Source: Candidatus Eiseniibacteriota bacterium (GTDB taxonomy: Bacteria > Eisenbacteria > RBG-16-71-46 > CAZEPH01). Taken from it: 32,707 bases of DNA. Both the position numbers and the translations under genes were made by a program. Where the stretch lies: assembly GCA_044229145.1 (NCBI GenBank), contig JBGATO010000044.1:1-32707 (forward strand). The letters are read 5' to 3'. Below the pieces are notes generated by a model. That model was not told the origin of the DNA and did not search any database. It worked only from the letters and a program-made list of their open reading frames with translations. This document shows positions 24,765 through 32,707 of the stretch, piece after piece (the first letter of the stretch is position 1; each line of letters starts with the position of its first letter).

Positions 24765-26937
24765 GGCGGACCTCCCAGGTTGCGAGCGATTGGATCGGCG
24801 TCTGCGACGGCAGCTCAGCGAGCGAGACCACCGGCAGCTTCGGGAGAATCGGTTCGAGCAGGCGGCGCACGCCGACGCGCAAGGTCGGCGGCGTCACCAA
24901 CGGCGGGAACTGGCCGTCGCGCTTGGCGGCACTCGCGACGTCGTGCAGGTCGCGCAGCGCGGACGACAGCTCCTCCGGTTCCATCGAGCGCTGGCCTTCG
25001 CGGCCGCGCGGTGTGAACAGCTGCATGAGCCCGACTTCGAGCTTGGGCCCGATGGTGATGGCGTCGAGCGGCTTGTCGCCGGCGCCGAGCATCTGCACGA
25101 TCACCATCGACAGCGCGCGGCGCACGTGCTCGGTGAGTGCTTCCGGATCCTTGGTGGCGTCGGCGGCGTCGCTCAACGCTTCGAGGATCGACACAAGATC
25201 GCGGATCGGAATGGCCTCCTTGAGCAGGCGCTGCAGCACGCGGTGCACGGTGCCGAGGCCGACCTTGGCCGGGACGACATCGTCGACCAGCGCCGGATGT
25301 GTTTCCTTGAGGCCATCGAGCAGCTCGCGCACGTCCTGACGCGACAGCAGATCGGCGGCGTGTTCGCGCACCGTCTCCATGAGGTGCGTGACCAGCACGG
25401 TGTGCGCTTCGACGACGCTGTACCCGGCGGCCTCGGCGGCCGGACGCTGGTCCGGCTGGATCCACACCGCGTCCATGCCGAAGGACGGATCGGTGGTCGG
25501 AACGCCGTCGATCGGCCCGGCGGCACCGCTGATGTTGAGGGCGAGCAATTGCCGCGGCAGGATCTCGCCACCGGCGACCTTGATGCCGCGCAGCTTGATG
25601 GTGTACTCGGTGGCCGGGAGCTGGATGTTGTCGCGGATGCGCGTCGGCGGCACGATCATCCCGAGTTCGAGCGCCAGCTGCTTGCGCATGATGCTGACGC
25701 GCTGCAGCAAATCACCGCCCTGCGACGCGTCGACGAGCGGCACCAACTGGTATCCGACTTCGAGTTCGAGTGGTTCGACTTGCAGGAGATCCTTCACCGG
25801 CTGCGCGGCGGCCTCGCCCCCGCCCGGCGCGGCGTCAGCAGCTGCATCGCCGGTCTGCGCCGGCGCCGTGGCGACGCGCTTGCCGACGGTGTACGCCACC
25901 GCGCCGGTGATGCCGGCGAGCAGGAAGAACGGCAGCTTCGGCAGACCCGGCACCAACGCGAAGAACCCGAGCAACGCGGCCACCGTCCACAACACGCGCG
26001 GACTCCGCGTGAGCTGCTTGCCGAGCGAGCCGGCCATCTCGGTGCCGCTGGTGCCGTAGGTCACGAGCAGACCGGCACTGGTGCTCACGATGAGCGCCGG
26101 GATCTGCGTCACCAGACCATCGCCGACGGTGAGTTGCGTGTACGTGGTGATCGCCTCGCCGGCGCTCATGTGGCGCTGCAGCATGCCGATCAAGAAGCCG
26201 CCGACCAAGTTGATGCCGGTGATGAGAAGCCCGGCCACCGCGTCGCCGCGCACGAACTTCGCGGCACCGTCCATCGCTCCGAAGAAATCGCTGTAGCGTG
26301 TGATCTCCTCGCGGCGCCGCTTGGCTTCTACTTCGTCGATCAAGCCGGCGCTCAAGTCGGCGTCGATCGACATCTGGCGGCCCGGCATGGCGTCCAAGGT
26401 GAAGCGCGCCGCGACTTCCGCGATGCGCCCCGCACCCTTGGTGATCACCATGAAGTTGATGACGACGAGGATCAGGAACAGTACGAGCCCGACGACGAAG
26501 TTGCCGCCGATGACGAAGTTGCCGAACGCCGCGATGACCTGTCCCGCGTGACCGGTGCTGAGGATGAGACGCGTGCTGGTGACGTTGAGCCCGAGCCGAA
26601 ACAGCGTGAGCAGCAGCAGCAAACTCGGGAAGATGCTGAACTCGAGCGGGTCGCGGGAGTTGAGCACCGCGAGCAGCACGACGAGCGACAGCGCGAAGCT
26701 GACCGCCAAGAAGGTGTCGAGCAGGAAGCCGGGCAGCGGCATGACGAGCAGCGCGATGATCGCCACCACACCGATCGCCAGGTAGGTCTCGGCGGTCGGG
26801 TGGAGCAACCGCGCGGCCAGCGGCGTGGCGGCCGCGGCGTGGCGCGCGGCGTGGCGGCCGCCGCGCGGCCCGGAGCCGTCGGCGTGCGGCGCGTTGGCGC
26901 CCACGGCGATCGGGGCGGCGAGTCCGATGTCGGCCAT
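24754..26937 (-). CDS. flhA: Flagellar export protein FlhA, 727 aa
   Basis: FSIFPSLLL, VITKGAGRIAEVAARFTLDAMPG, GAMDGAAKFVRGD, GDGLVTQIPAL. Confidence 0.97.
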   Translation of the reverse strand: MADIGLAAPIAVGANAPHADGSGPRGGRHAARHAAAATPLAARLLHPTAETYLAIGVVAIIALLVMPLPGFLLDTFLAVSFALSLVVLLAVLNSRDPLEFSIFPSLLLLLTLFRLGLNVTSTRLILSTGHAGQVIAAFGNFVIGGNFVVGLVLFLILVVINFMVITKGAGRIAEVAARFTLDAMPGRQMSIDADLSAGLIDEVEAKRRREEITRYSDFFGAMDGAAKFVRGDAVAGLLITGINLVGGFLIGMLQRHMSAGEAITTYTQLTVGDGLVTQIPALIVSTSAGLLVTYGTSGTEMAGSLGKQLTRSPRVLWTVAALLGFFALVPGLPKLPFFLLAGITGAVAYTVGKRVATAPAQTGDAAADAAPGGGEAAAQPVKDLLQVEPLELEVGYQLVPLVDASQGGDLLQRVSIMRKQLALELGMIVPPTRIRDNIQLPATEYTIKLRGIKVAGGEILPRQLLALNISGAAGPIDGVPTTDPSFGMDAVWIQPDQRPAAEAAGYSVVEAHTVLVTHLMETVREHAADLLSRQDVRELLDGLKETHPALVDDVVPAKVGLGTVHRVLQRLLKEAIPIRDLVSILEALSDAADATKDPEALTEHVRRALSMVIVQMLGAGDKPLDAITIGPKLEVGLMQLFTPRGREGQRSMEPEELSSALRDLHDVASAAKRDGQFPPLVTPPTLRVGVRRLLEPILPKLPVVSLAELPSQTPIQSLATWEVRRAA

Positions 26938-27101
26938 CAGCGCGTCTCCTCACGGGTGTGCGATCCGCCACGCTGCGCCGGGTCGAGCGGCGGCAACTGC
27001 ACCGTCTCGAGCTGCCGCCACACCACACGGCGGCGCGCGGTAGCCTGCAGCCGCCAGCGCGAGTGCCGCCGCGCCTCTTGTCCGCGGCGCACGTTCATCA
27101 T
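26937..27101 (-). CDS. Possible small Arg-rich protein (54 aa) between flhB and flhA
   Basis: MMNVRRGQEARRHSRWRL...EETR; its start overlaps the flhB stop (ATGA) and its stop overlaps the flhA start (TGATG). Confidence 0.4.
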   Translation of the reverse strand: MMNVRRGQEARRHSRWRLQATARRRVVWRQLETVQLPPLDPAQRGGSHTREETR

Positions 27102-28210
27102 GCGACGCTCCGGCCGCGCAGCGCCTCGCCGGCGCCGCGCAAGCCGCCGCGCACGCGGTACACGTAGGCCAGGATCTCGGCGACCGCAGCGTAGAGGGCC
27201 GGCGGAATCGGCTTGCCGACCACGCAGGTGGCCAGCAGCGCGCGCGCGACCGGCCGGTTCTCGACCATCGGCACGTTGCACTCGCGCGCGATCTGCTTCA
27301 TGCGCTCGGCGAGCTTGCGCTGCCCCATCGCGACGACGATGGGCGCCGCGGCCACCGACACGTCGTACCGCAGCGCCACCGCGATGTGCGTCGGGTTGGT
27401 GACCACGACGTCGGCGGTCGGGATCGCCTGCAGCATGCGCTGGCGCGCGCGGGCCCGCGCCAAGCTCTGGATGCGGCCCTTGATCTGCGGATCTCCTTCC
27501 GCTTCCTTGTGCTCCTGGATGACTTCCTGCTTCGTCATGCGCAAGCTCTTCTCGAACTTGAAGTGTTGGTAGATGTAGTCGATGGCCGCAATCACCAGGA
27601 ACGTCGCGCCGGTCAACAGCACGAGACGGAACGCCAGCGAGCCGATCACCGCGGCGATGTCGGCGGGTTGCGCGGTCGGCAGCACCATCAGGCGCTCCCA
27701 GCTGCCGCGCAGCACCACCATCGTCACCAGACCCAGCACCACCAGTTTGGCGATCGACTTGAGCAAGTTGACCAAGGCGTCGCCGCTGAAGATCTTCTTG
27801 AAGCCGTTCAGCGGATTCAGGTTCGACCACTTCGGCTGCAGCTGCTTCGTGGAGATCAGCCCGCGGGTCTGCGCCATGCCCACCGCGATCACGATCGCCA
27901 TCACCGCACCGGCGAACGGCAGCGAGGCGGTCAGCAGGCCGAGCGCCAGCTCGCGCACCAAGGCGATCGCGCCCAACGGCGTCAGCGTTCCTGCCGACAG
28001 TTGCCCCGCGCACTGGCGCAGCGCCTGTGTCGCGAACGCCGCCCAGCGCTGGCCGGCGAGCCAGAACAACACCACCGCACCGCCGACGATCAGCGCGGCG
28101 CTAGTGAGTTCCGGACTCTTGGCGACCTGTCCTTCCTCACGCGCACGCTGCCGTCGCCGTGGGGTGGGATCTTCGGTGCGTTCGGCATCCGACTCGCCGG
28201 GACCCGCCAT
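27098..28210 (-). CDS. flhB: Flagellar export switch protein FlhB, 370 aa
   Basis: ERTEDPTPRR, GQVAKSPEL, LRMTKQEV, EGDP, NPTH autocleavage motif. Confidence 0.97.
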   Translation of the reverse strand: MAGPGESDAERTEDPTPRRRQRAREEGQVAKSPELTSAALIVGGAVVLFWLAGQRWAAFATQALRQCAGQLSAGTLTPLGAIALVRELALGLLTASLPFAGAVMAIVIAVGMAQTRGLISTKQLQPKWSNLNPLNGFKKIFSGDALVNLLKSIAKLVVLGLVTMVVLRGSWERLMVLPTAQPADIAAVIGSLAFRLVLLTGATFLVIAAIDYIYQHFKFEKSLRMTKQEVIQEHKEAEGDPQIKGRIQSLARARARQRMLQAIPTADVVVTNPTHIAVALRYDVSVAAAPIVVAMGQRKLAERMKQIARECNVPMVENRPVARALLATCVVGKPIPPALYAAVAEILAYVYRVRGGLRGAGEALRGRSVA

Positions 28211-28216
28211 CGCGTG

Positions 28217-29008
28217 CTAGCCTCCGAGCCGGAAGGCCGCGAGCACGTGATCGATGTCACGCGGCACGCCGTGCATCCACTGCGTCAGCGCCGTCACCAG
28301 AACCGGTGTCGACGCCCCGAGCATCAGGAGCCCGACGCCGATGGTGATGGGAAACGCCACCATCATCGCGTTGAGCGACGGCACCGCGCGCGACAGCAGC
28401 GCAAGCGCCAGGTTCACCAGCAGCATGGTCACCATCACCGGCCCCGCCGCCTGGATCGCGCAAGTGAAGACGCCGCCAGCGAGGATCGCCACCGCCTGCG
28501 CGCCGTGTGCAAGGTCGAGCGGCGCGCCGGGCGGCAGCACGGTGAGGCTGTCGGCAAGCCCGCGCAGCAGCGCCAGATGCCCGCCAGTGGACAGGTAGAG
28601 GAACACCGCGAGCACGCTCTGCAACTGGCCGACACCACTCACCTGCACGTCCGGCGTCGGTGCCAGGAATGGCCCAAGGTTGAGACCGACCTGCAGCGAC
28701 ATCACCTCACCCGCCAAACCGACACCCTGCACGAATATCGCCGCTGTCATGCCGATCGACAGTCCGATCAGCATTTCGATCGCCAGCGGCACCGGCCACT
28801 GCACGAACTGCTCGGGCAGCGGCACGCGCGGCGCCAAGGGCACCAAGACGAACGACAGCAGCACCGTGATGGCGGCGCGCGCGGTCCGCGGAATCGACAG
28901 CATCGACCACATCGGCGCGATGAACATCAGGCCGCCGAGCCGCGCCGTGATGAGCGCGAACAGCGGCCAGGTCGCCGGGTCGAGAGCGTCGCGGAGAAAG
29001 GGCGGCAT
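28217..29008 (-). CDS. fliR: Flagellar export protein FliR, 263 aa
   Basis: Hydrophobic; ARLGG...AP, EMLIG, AGE...QVG, GGH, LSRAVPSLN...FPI. Confidence 0.94.
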   Translation of the reverse strand: MPPFLRDALDPATWPLFALITARLGGLMFIAPMWSMLSIPRTARAAITVLLSFVLVPLAPRVPLPEQFVQWPVPLAIEMLIGLSIGMTAAIFVQGVGLAGEVMSLQVGLNLGPFLAPTPDVQVSGVGQLQSVLAVFLYLSTGGHLALLRGLADSLTVLPPGAPLDLAHGAQAVAILAGGVFTCAIQAAGPVMVTMLLVNLALALLSRAVPSLNAMMVAFPITIGVGLLMLGASTPVLVTALTQWMHGVPRDIDHVLAAFRLGG

Positions 29009-29014
29009 CGACGC

Positions 29015-29284
29015 TTAGCGTCCGAGCGTCGGCAGGGAGCGCAACACGGTGCTCACGTACGACGTGAGCTGCGACAGCATCCACGGCAGGATGAGGACGA
29101 ACACCGCGGTCACCGCGATCAGCTTCGGAATGAAGGTCAGCGTCTGCTCCTGCAGCTGCGTAATCGCCTGGATCAGACTGACCAGCACACCGATGGCGAG
29201 CGCAGTGAGCAGCAGCGGCGCCGCGATGGTGAGCGCGAGGAAGATCGCGTGGCGGATGTAGTCGATGGCGAGTGGTCCGGACAT
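29015..29284 (-). CDS. fliQ: Flagellar export protein FliQ, 89 aa
   Basis: GVLVSLIQAITQLQEQTLTFIPKL, LPWM. Confidence 0.96.
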   Translation of the reverse strand: MSGPLAIDYIRHAIFLALTIAAPLLLTALAIGVLVSLIQAITQLQEQTLTFIPKLIAVTAVFVLILPWMLSQLTSYVSTVLRSLPTLGR

Positions 29285-29293
29285 GGGCGCTTT

Positions 29294-30514
29294 CTAGCGG
29301 AAGCTGTTGACCAGGTTCTGCACCACCAACGTCCATCCGTCGGCGAGCACGAAGAGCAGCAGCTTGAACGGCAGCGAGATCATCACCGGCGGCAGCATGA
29401 ACATCCCGAGCGACATCAGGACCGACGCGACGATCAAGTCCACCACCACGAACGGCAGGAAGATCACGAAGCCCATTTGGAACGAGGTGCGCAGTTCCGA
29501 GGTCACGAACGCGCTGACCACGGCGACCGTCGGCACCTGATCGACGGAGCGAGCGTCGCGCGCGTGCGAGAGGTCGGTGAACAACGCGAGATCCTGCTCG
29601 CGCGTGTTGCGCAGCATGAAGGCACGAAACGGCTTCACGCCGATCTCGTAGGCCTGGCCCTGCGTGATCTGCCCGGCGAAGTACGGCTGGATCGCCGTCT
29701 TGTTCACGTCCTGCAGCACGGGATTCATGATGACGCCGGTGAGCAGCACCGCGACTGCGACCAGGAGTTGCTGCGGCGGCGTGGTCTGCGTACCGAGCGC
29801 GCTGCGCAGGAAGTGCAGCACGATGAGGATGCGCGTGAAGCTGGTCATCAGGAGGAACAGCGCCGGCAGCAGCGTGAGCACGCCGAGGAACACCACGAGG
29901 CCGACGGTGCCGTCGAGCCGCAGCGCGTTGCTGCCTTCGCCGAGCGTGATGTTGACCTTGGGCGGCAGCGGCGCGTTCACCGTCGGCACCGGCACGCGCG
30001 GCGTGGTCGGCGACGGCGCGGCGACGCGCGGCGACGCGGCGGGTGCGGGCGACGTGATCGCCGGATTGCCGGCGGTCGCGGTCGGGCGGCGCGGCGACGC
30101 CGCAAAGGCGTGCGACGACGCGAGCGTCAGCGCCAGGGCGAGCATCGCCACCTTGCCGACGATCGGCACGTGCCGGCCCACGAAGTTGCGACGCGCGGGA
30201 CGCTCGCGCTGCAACGGCAGCGACGGCGCCGCCGGCACCGCGAGGATCTCCGCGCATGCCGGGCCGGTGAGCTCGGTGAGCAGCGACGTGCCGCCTTCGG
30301 CGATCGATACCACGAGCACGCGATCGGCAACCTGCAACACGCCCACCGCCTGCTTCGGGCCGACCGACACGCGCTGCACGACGCGCAGCGGCACACCGCG
30401 CCCGCCGCTGCCGTTCGCGACGTTTTGCAGCCGACGCAGCAGCACGACGCTGAGCGCCAACACGCCGAGCGTGATGGCGAGCGCACCGCCCATGGTGGCG
30501 AGCGACGAGAGCAT
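29294..30514 (-). CDS. fliP: FliO-FliP fusion protein, 406 aa
   Basis: ATG overlaps the fliN stop. N-terminal FliO-like part (TM, then LRVVQRVSVGPKQAVGVLQVADRVLVV) is in frame with FliP (LMTSFTRILIVL, ALGTQTTPP, SELRTSFQMGF, SLGMFMLPP, LPFKLLLFVLADGW). Confidence 0.92.
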   Translation of the reverse strand: MLSSLATMGGALAITLGVLALSVVLLRRLQNVANGSGGRGVPLRVVQRVSVGPKQAVGVLQVADRVLVVSIAEGGTSLLTELTGPACAEILAVPAAPSLPLQRERPARRNFVGRHVPIVGKVAMLALALTLASSHAFAASPRRPTATAGNPAITSPAPAASPRVAAPSPTTPRVPVPTVNAPLPPKVNITLGEGSNALRLDGTVGLVVFLGVLTLLPALFLLMTSFTRILIVLHFLRSALGTQTTPPQQLLVAVAVLLTGVIMNPVLQDVNKTAIQPYFAGQITQGQAYEIGVKPFRAFMLRNTREQDLALFTDLSHARDARSVDQVPTVAVVSAFVTSELRTSFQMGFVIFLPFVVVDLIVASVLMSLGMFMLPPVMISLPFKLLLFVLADGWTLVVQNLVNSFR

Positions 30515-30852
30515 CAGGCGGCCGCTTCGTGTCCGTGCGCGAGCACGCGGGTGATGCGGACGCCGAAGTGCTCGCCGACCACCACTACTTCGCCCTGCGC
30601 CAGCTTGCGGTCGCTGACGTAGATGTCCACCGGCTCGCCCACCGCGCGATCGAGCTGGATCACCGAACCGGTGCCGAGTTGCAGGATCTCCTCGACGGTC
30701 ATGCGGGCACGGCCGATTTCGATGGCCACCGGCATGGACACGTCGAGCAGCGTCTCGAGCGGTTTGGGCGGCGAGGCCGCCGCGGGTGCGGCGAAGTCGG
30801 GCTGGAGCGCTTCCGGTTGCGGTTCGTCCATCTCGTTGAGTTCGTCGCTCAC
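30514..30852 (-). CDS. fliN: Flagellar motor switch protein FliN, 112 aa
   Basis: GTG start overlapping the fliM stop; LLDVSMPVAIEIGR, LGTGSVIQLD, GEPVD, AQGEVVVV...FGVRIT. Confidence 0.95.
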   Translation of the reverse strand: MSDELNEMDEPQPEALQPDFAAPAAASPPKPLETLLDVSMPVAIEIGRARMTVEEILQLGTGSVIQLDRAVGEPVDIYVSDRKLAQGEVVVVGEHFGVRITRVLAHGHEAAA

Positions 30853-31850
30853 TTGAGTCTCCCTGTCCACTTCTTGCCGGTGCTGATGTGTGTGGGTTCG
30901 ATGACGTGATCGATCTTGACGCCGACGTTGCCGCGCACTTGGCCGAGCGTGCCGTGATAGCGGACGCGGCCGTTGACGTGCACCTCGATCGGCAGTTCGA
31001 CGGAGTGCCGCGCGTTGATGACCTGCCCGACCTCGAACGCGGCAACCTGGCGTGCCGTGATGTTGACGAGTGGCAGCCGCGCCGAGACCGTGAGGTGCGA
31101 GGTGTTGAGCACCGAGGCGACGCGACGGCGGCTGGCCGCGCGGTCGGCTTCGTCCAGGCGGCCTTGCACGAGCCGTGCGGAGGTGCGGTCCTGCAGGAAG
31201 AGCTCGAAGGTCGCCAGCGGCACGCACAGCGACAGCAATCCGCTGAACGAGCCCGAGGTGATCTCGATGCTGGCGGCCAGCACGTTGTCCTCGGCGCCGG
31301 CGGTGCGCAGCATGTCGCGGCTCGATTCGAAGGTGGTGATGGCCGGCGACATCGGCACCTCTTCGTGCCAGGCCTCGCCGAACAGCGACACCATGCGCTC
31401 GGCGACGCCGCGCACCACGGTGCGCTCGAGTGGCGTCAGCGGCCGCCGCAGGTTGAAGGTGTCGCCCGGACCGCCGAACAAGCGGTCGATCAGGTGGTAG
31501 CAGAAGCCGGTGCTGAGGTCGAACAACCCCTGCCCGCGCAGACGGTCGCCGATCTCGAACACGAAGGCCGCGCACGGCGATTCCAGCGACAGCACGAACT
31601 CGCTGAACGTCACCTGCTCGACGCTCGACAGTGTGACGTCGAGCGGCGTGCGCAACCGCCCCGAGAGGAACGCGTGCAGCGCGACGGCGAAGCGGTTGTA
31701 CACCGCCTCGAGCAGCGACAGGCGATCCTTCGAGATGCGCGGCGGCCGGATGAAGTCATAGGGCGCCGCGTCGGGATGCGACGGCACCTCGGGCCCGCCG
31801 CCGCCGTGGAGCAGCGCTTCGATGTCTCGTTGCCGGACGATCTCCGCCAT
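30849..31850 (-). CDS. fliM: Flagellar motor switch protein FliM, 333 aa
   Basis: YDFIRPPRISKD, VEQVTFSEF, IDRLFGG, RPLTPLE, C-terminal SpoA domain. Confidence 0.93.
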   Translation of the reverse strand: MAEIVRQRDIEALLHGGGGPEVPSHPDAAPYDFIRPPRISKDRLSLLEAVYNRFAVALHAFLSGRLRTPLDVTLSSVEQVTFSEFVLSLESPCAAFVFEIGDRLRGQGLFDLSTGFCYHLIDRLFGGPGDTFNLRRPLTPLERTVVRGVAERMVSLFGEAWHEEVPMSPAITTFESSRDMLRTAGAEDNVLAASIEITSGSFSGLLSLCVPLATFELFLQDRTSARLVQGRLDEADRAASRRRVASVLNTSHLTVSARLPLVNITARQVAAFEVGQVINARHSVELPIEVHVNGRVRYHGTLGQVRGNVGVKIDHVIEPTHISTGKKWTGRLK

Positions 31851-31858
31851 CGGGGCTC

Positions 31859-32497
31859 CTACTGGATGACGAACTGCGGCAGGTAGACCTGCAGCGGCGT
31901 GTGCGGGAATTCGACTTCGGCGTCGGCCTGCGCGTCGGCGCCTTCGGTGCCGCCGGTGTACACCAGTGGCGACACGGCGTTGAGGATGCGAACCTTGATG
32001 CTGTCGCGCGCGCCCGGCATGGTGAGCTGCTCGAGCGTCTGACTGCTGATCTGGCTGATGATCAGGTCCTTGACCTTGTCCTCATTGGCACGCAGCAGCG
32101 CCACCTGCTTTTCGTCCTCGCACTCGATGGCGATCTGCGTCATCAGGAAGTGGCCGCCGGCCGACCCCGCCGGGTTGACGATCAGGTTGTCGATCTTGAA
32201 GACCGGGCTGCGCTCGCCTTCGCCACCGTGCTTGCCCTCCTTCTTCTCCTTCTTCTTCTTGGGCTTCTTCTCGGCCGCGCCGGCGGACTTCGCGCCGAGC
32301 AGCTTGGGCCCGAGCAGGAAGGCGCCCGCGCCGCCGCCGAGCAGCAGCGGCCCGGCGATCAGCGCGATCAGCACGATCATGTTGGGCTTGGCGCCCGGCG
32401 CGCCGCCCTTCCCCTTCTTCCCTTTGTCCTTGCCCTTGGCGTCGCCGCCGTGTTCGTCGGCGGCCGCGGTGCCTGTGGTCTCGGGTGCGTCGGCCAT
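31859..32497 (-). CDS. fliL: Flagellar basal body-associated protein FliL, 212 aa
   Basis: Single TM (LLLGGGAGAFLL), LIVNPAGS..GHFL, KDLII, VYLPQFVIQ end. Confidence 0.92.
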   Translation of the reverse strand: MADAPETTGTAAADEHGGDAKGKDKGKKGKGGAPGAKPNMIVLIALIAGPLLLGGGAGAFLLGPKLLGAKSAGAAEKKPKKKKEKKEGKHGGEGERSPVFKIDNLIVNPAGSAGGHFLMTQIAIECEDEKQVALLRANEDKVKDLIISQISSQTLEQLTMPGARDSIKVRILNAVSPLVYTGGTEGADAQADAEVEFPHTPLQVYLPQFVIQ

Positions 32498-32554
32498 AAG
32501 CGCGATCGATCCTTCTCGGGGTCATGGGTGAGACAGGTGTCCAGGGCGGCAGGG

Positions 32555-32569
32555 GCAACGCCCATGCCA
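32555..32569 (-). promoter_or_regulatory. Sigma-54 (-24/-12) promoter for the fliL operon
   Basis: Minus strand TGGCATGGGCGTTGC matches TGGCAC-N5-TTGC, about 57 bp upstream of fliL. Confidence 0.78.
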
Positions 32570-32707
32570 CCTGTATCAGGCAGACATGTCCGGTTGTCGG
32601 CAGGACCTGCCGGGACCTTCAGCACCTTGTGCGGAAATCTCTTAGAGCGGCCGGGCCGCCCGGGGGCGGCAGAGGTGGCGGAGGGCGGGCGGCAACTCGC
32701 TGTGGTA

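Noticed and set aside
24790..30622. 870-aa and 1078-aa plus-strand ORFs
   Set aside because: Antisense shadows of flhA, flhB and fliR/Q/P.
32230..32440. CTT/TTC-rich low-complexity tracts in fliL
   Set aside because: They encode Lys/Glu-rich linkers common in FliL; not a phase-variable simple sequence repeat.

Overview
High-GC bacterial chromosomal window, probably from an FCB-group lineage (Ca. Eisenbacteria/Gemmatimonadota-like; this is an inference from gene style). Left arm (1-8.8 kb, minus strand): three large secreted proteins. These are a >910-aa beta-rich adhesin-like protein truncated by the window edge (absent from the ORF track), a CSLREA/beta-helix protein and a multidomain GH32-like hydrolase; the last two end in a FlgD-Ig/T9SS-CTD-like domain. 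Middle: DNA polymerase X-PHP convergent with a solo Fe-S PD-(D/E)XK (Cas4/AddB-like) nuclease, then motA-motB coupled to a catalytically degenerate REC/HD-GYP protein. Right arm (15.0-32.5 kb, minus strand): flagellar cluster fliL-M-N-(O/P fusion)-Q-R-flhB-(small ORF)-flhA-F-G-fliA-hyp-flgF-G-A-H-I-J-N-K with two sigma-54-type promoters. No rRNA, tRNA, CRISPR array, integrase or transposase was seen. The best leads are atypical flagellar parts (FliO-FliP fusion with an internal signal peptide, FlhG with Ala at the catalytic Asp, cysteine-free FlgH, pseudo-enzyme coupled to the stator genes), a shared palindrome near both sigma-54 promoters, and the C-terminal sorting domains. All calls come from reading motifs by eye; no database search was run.
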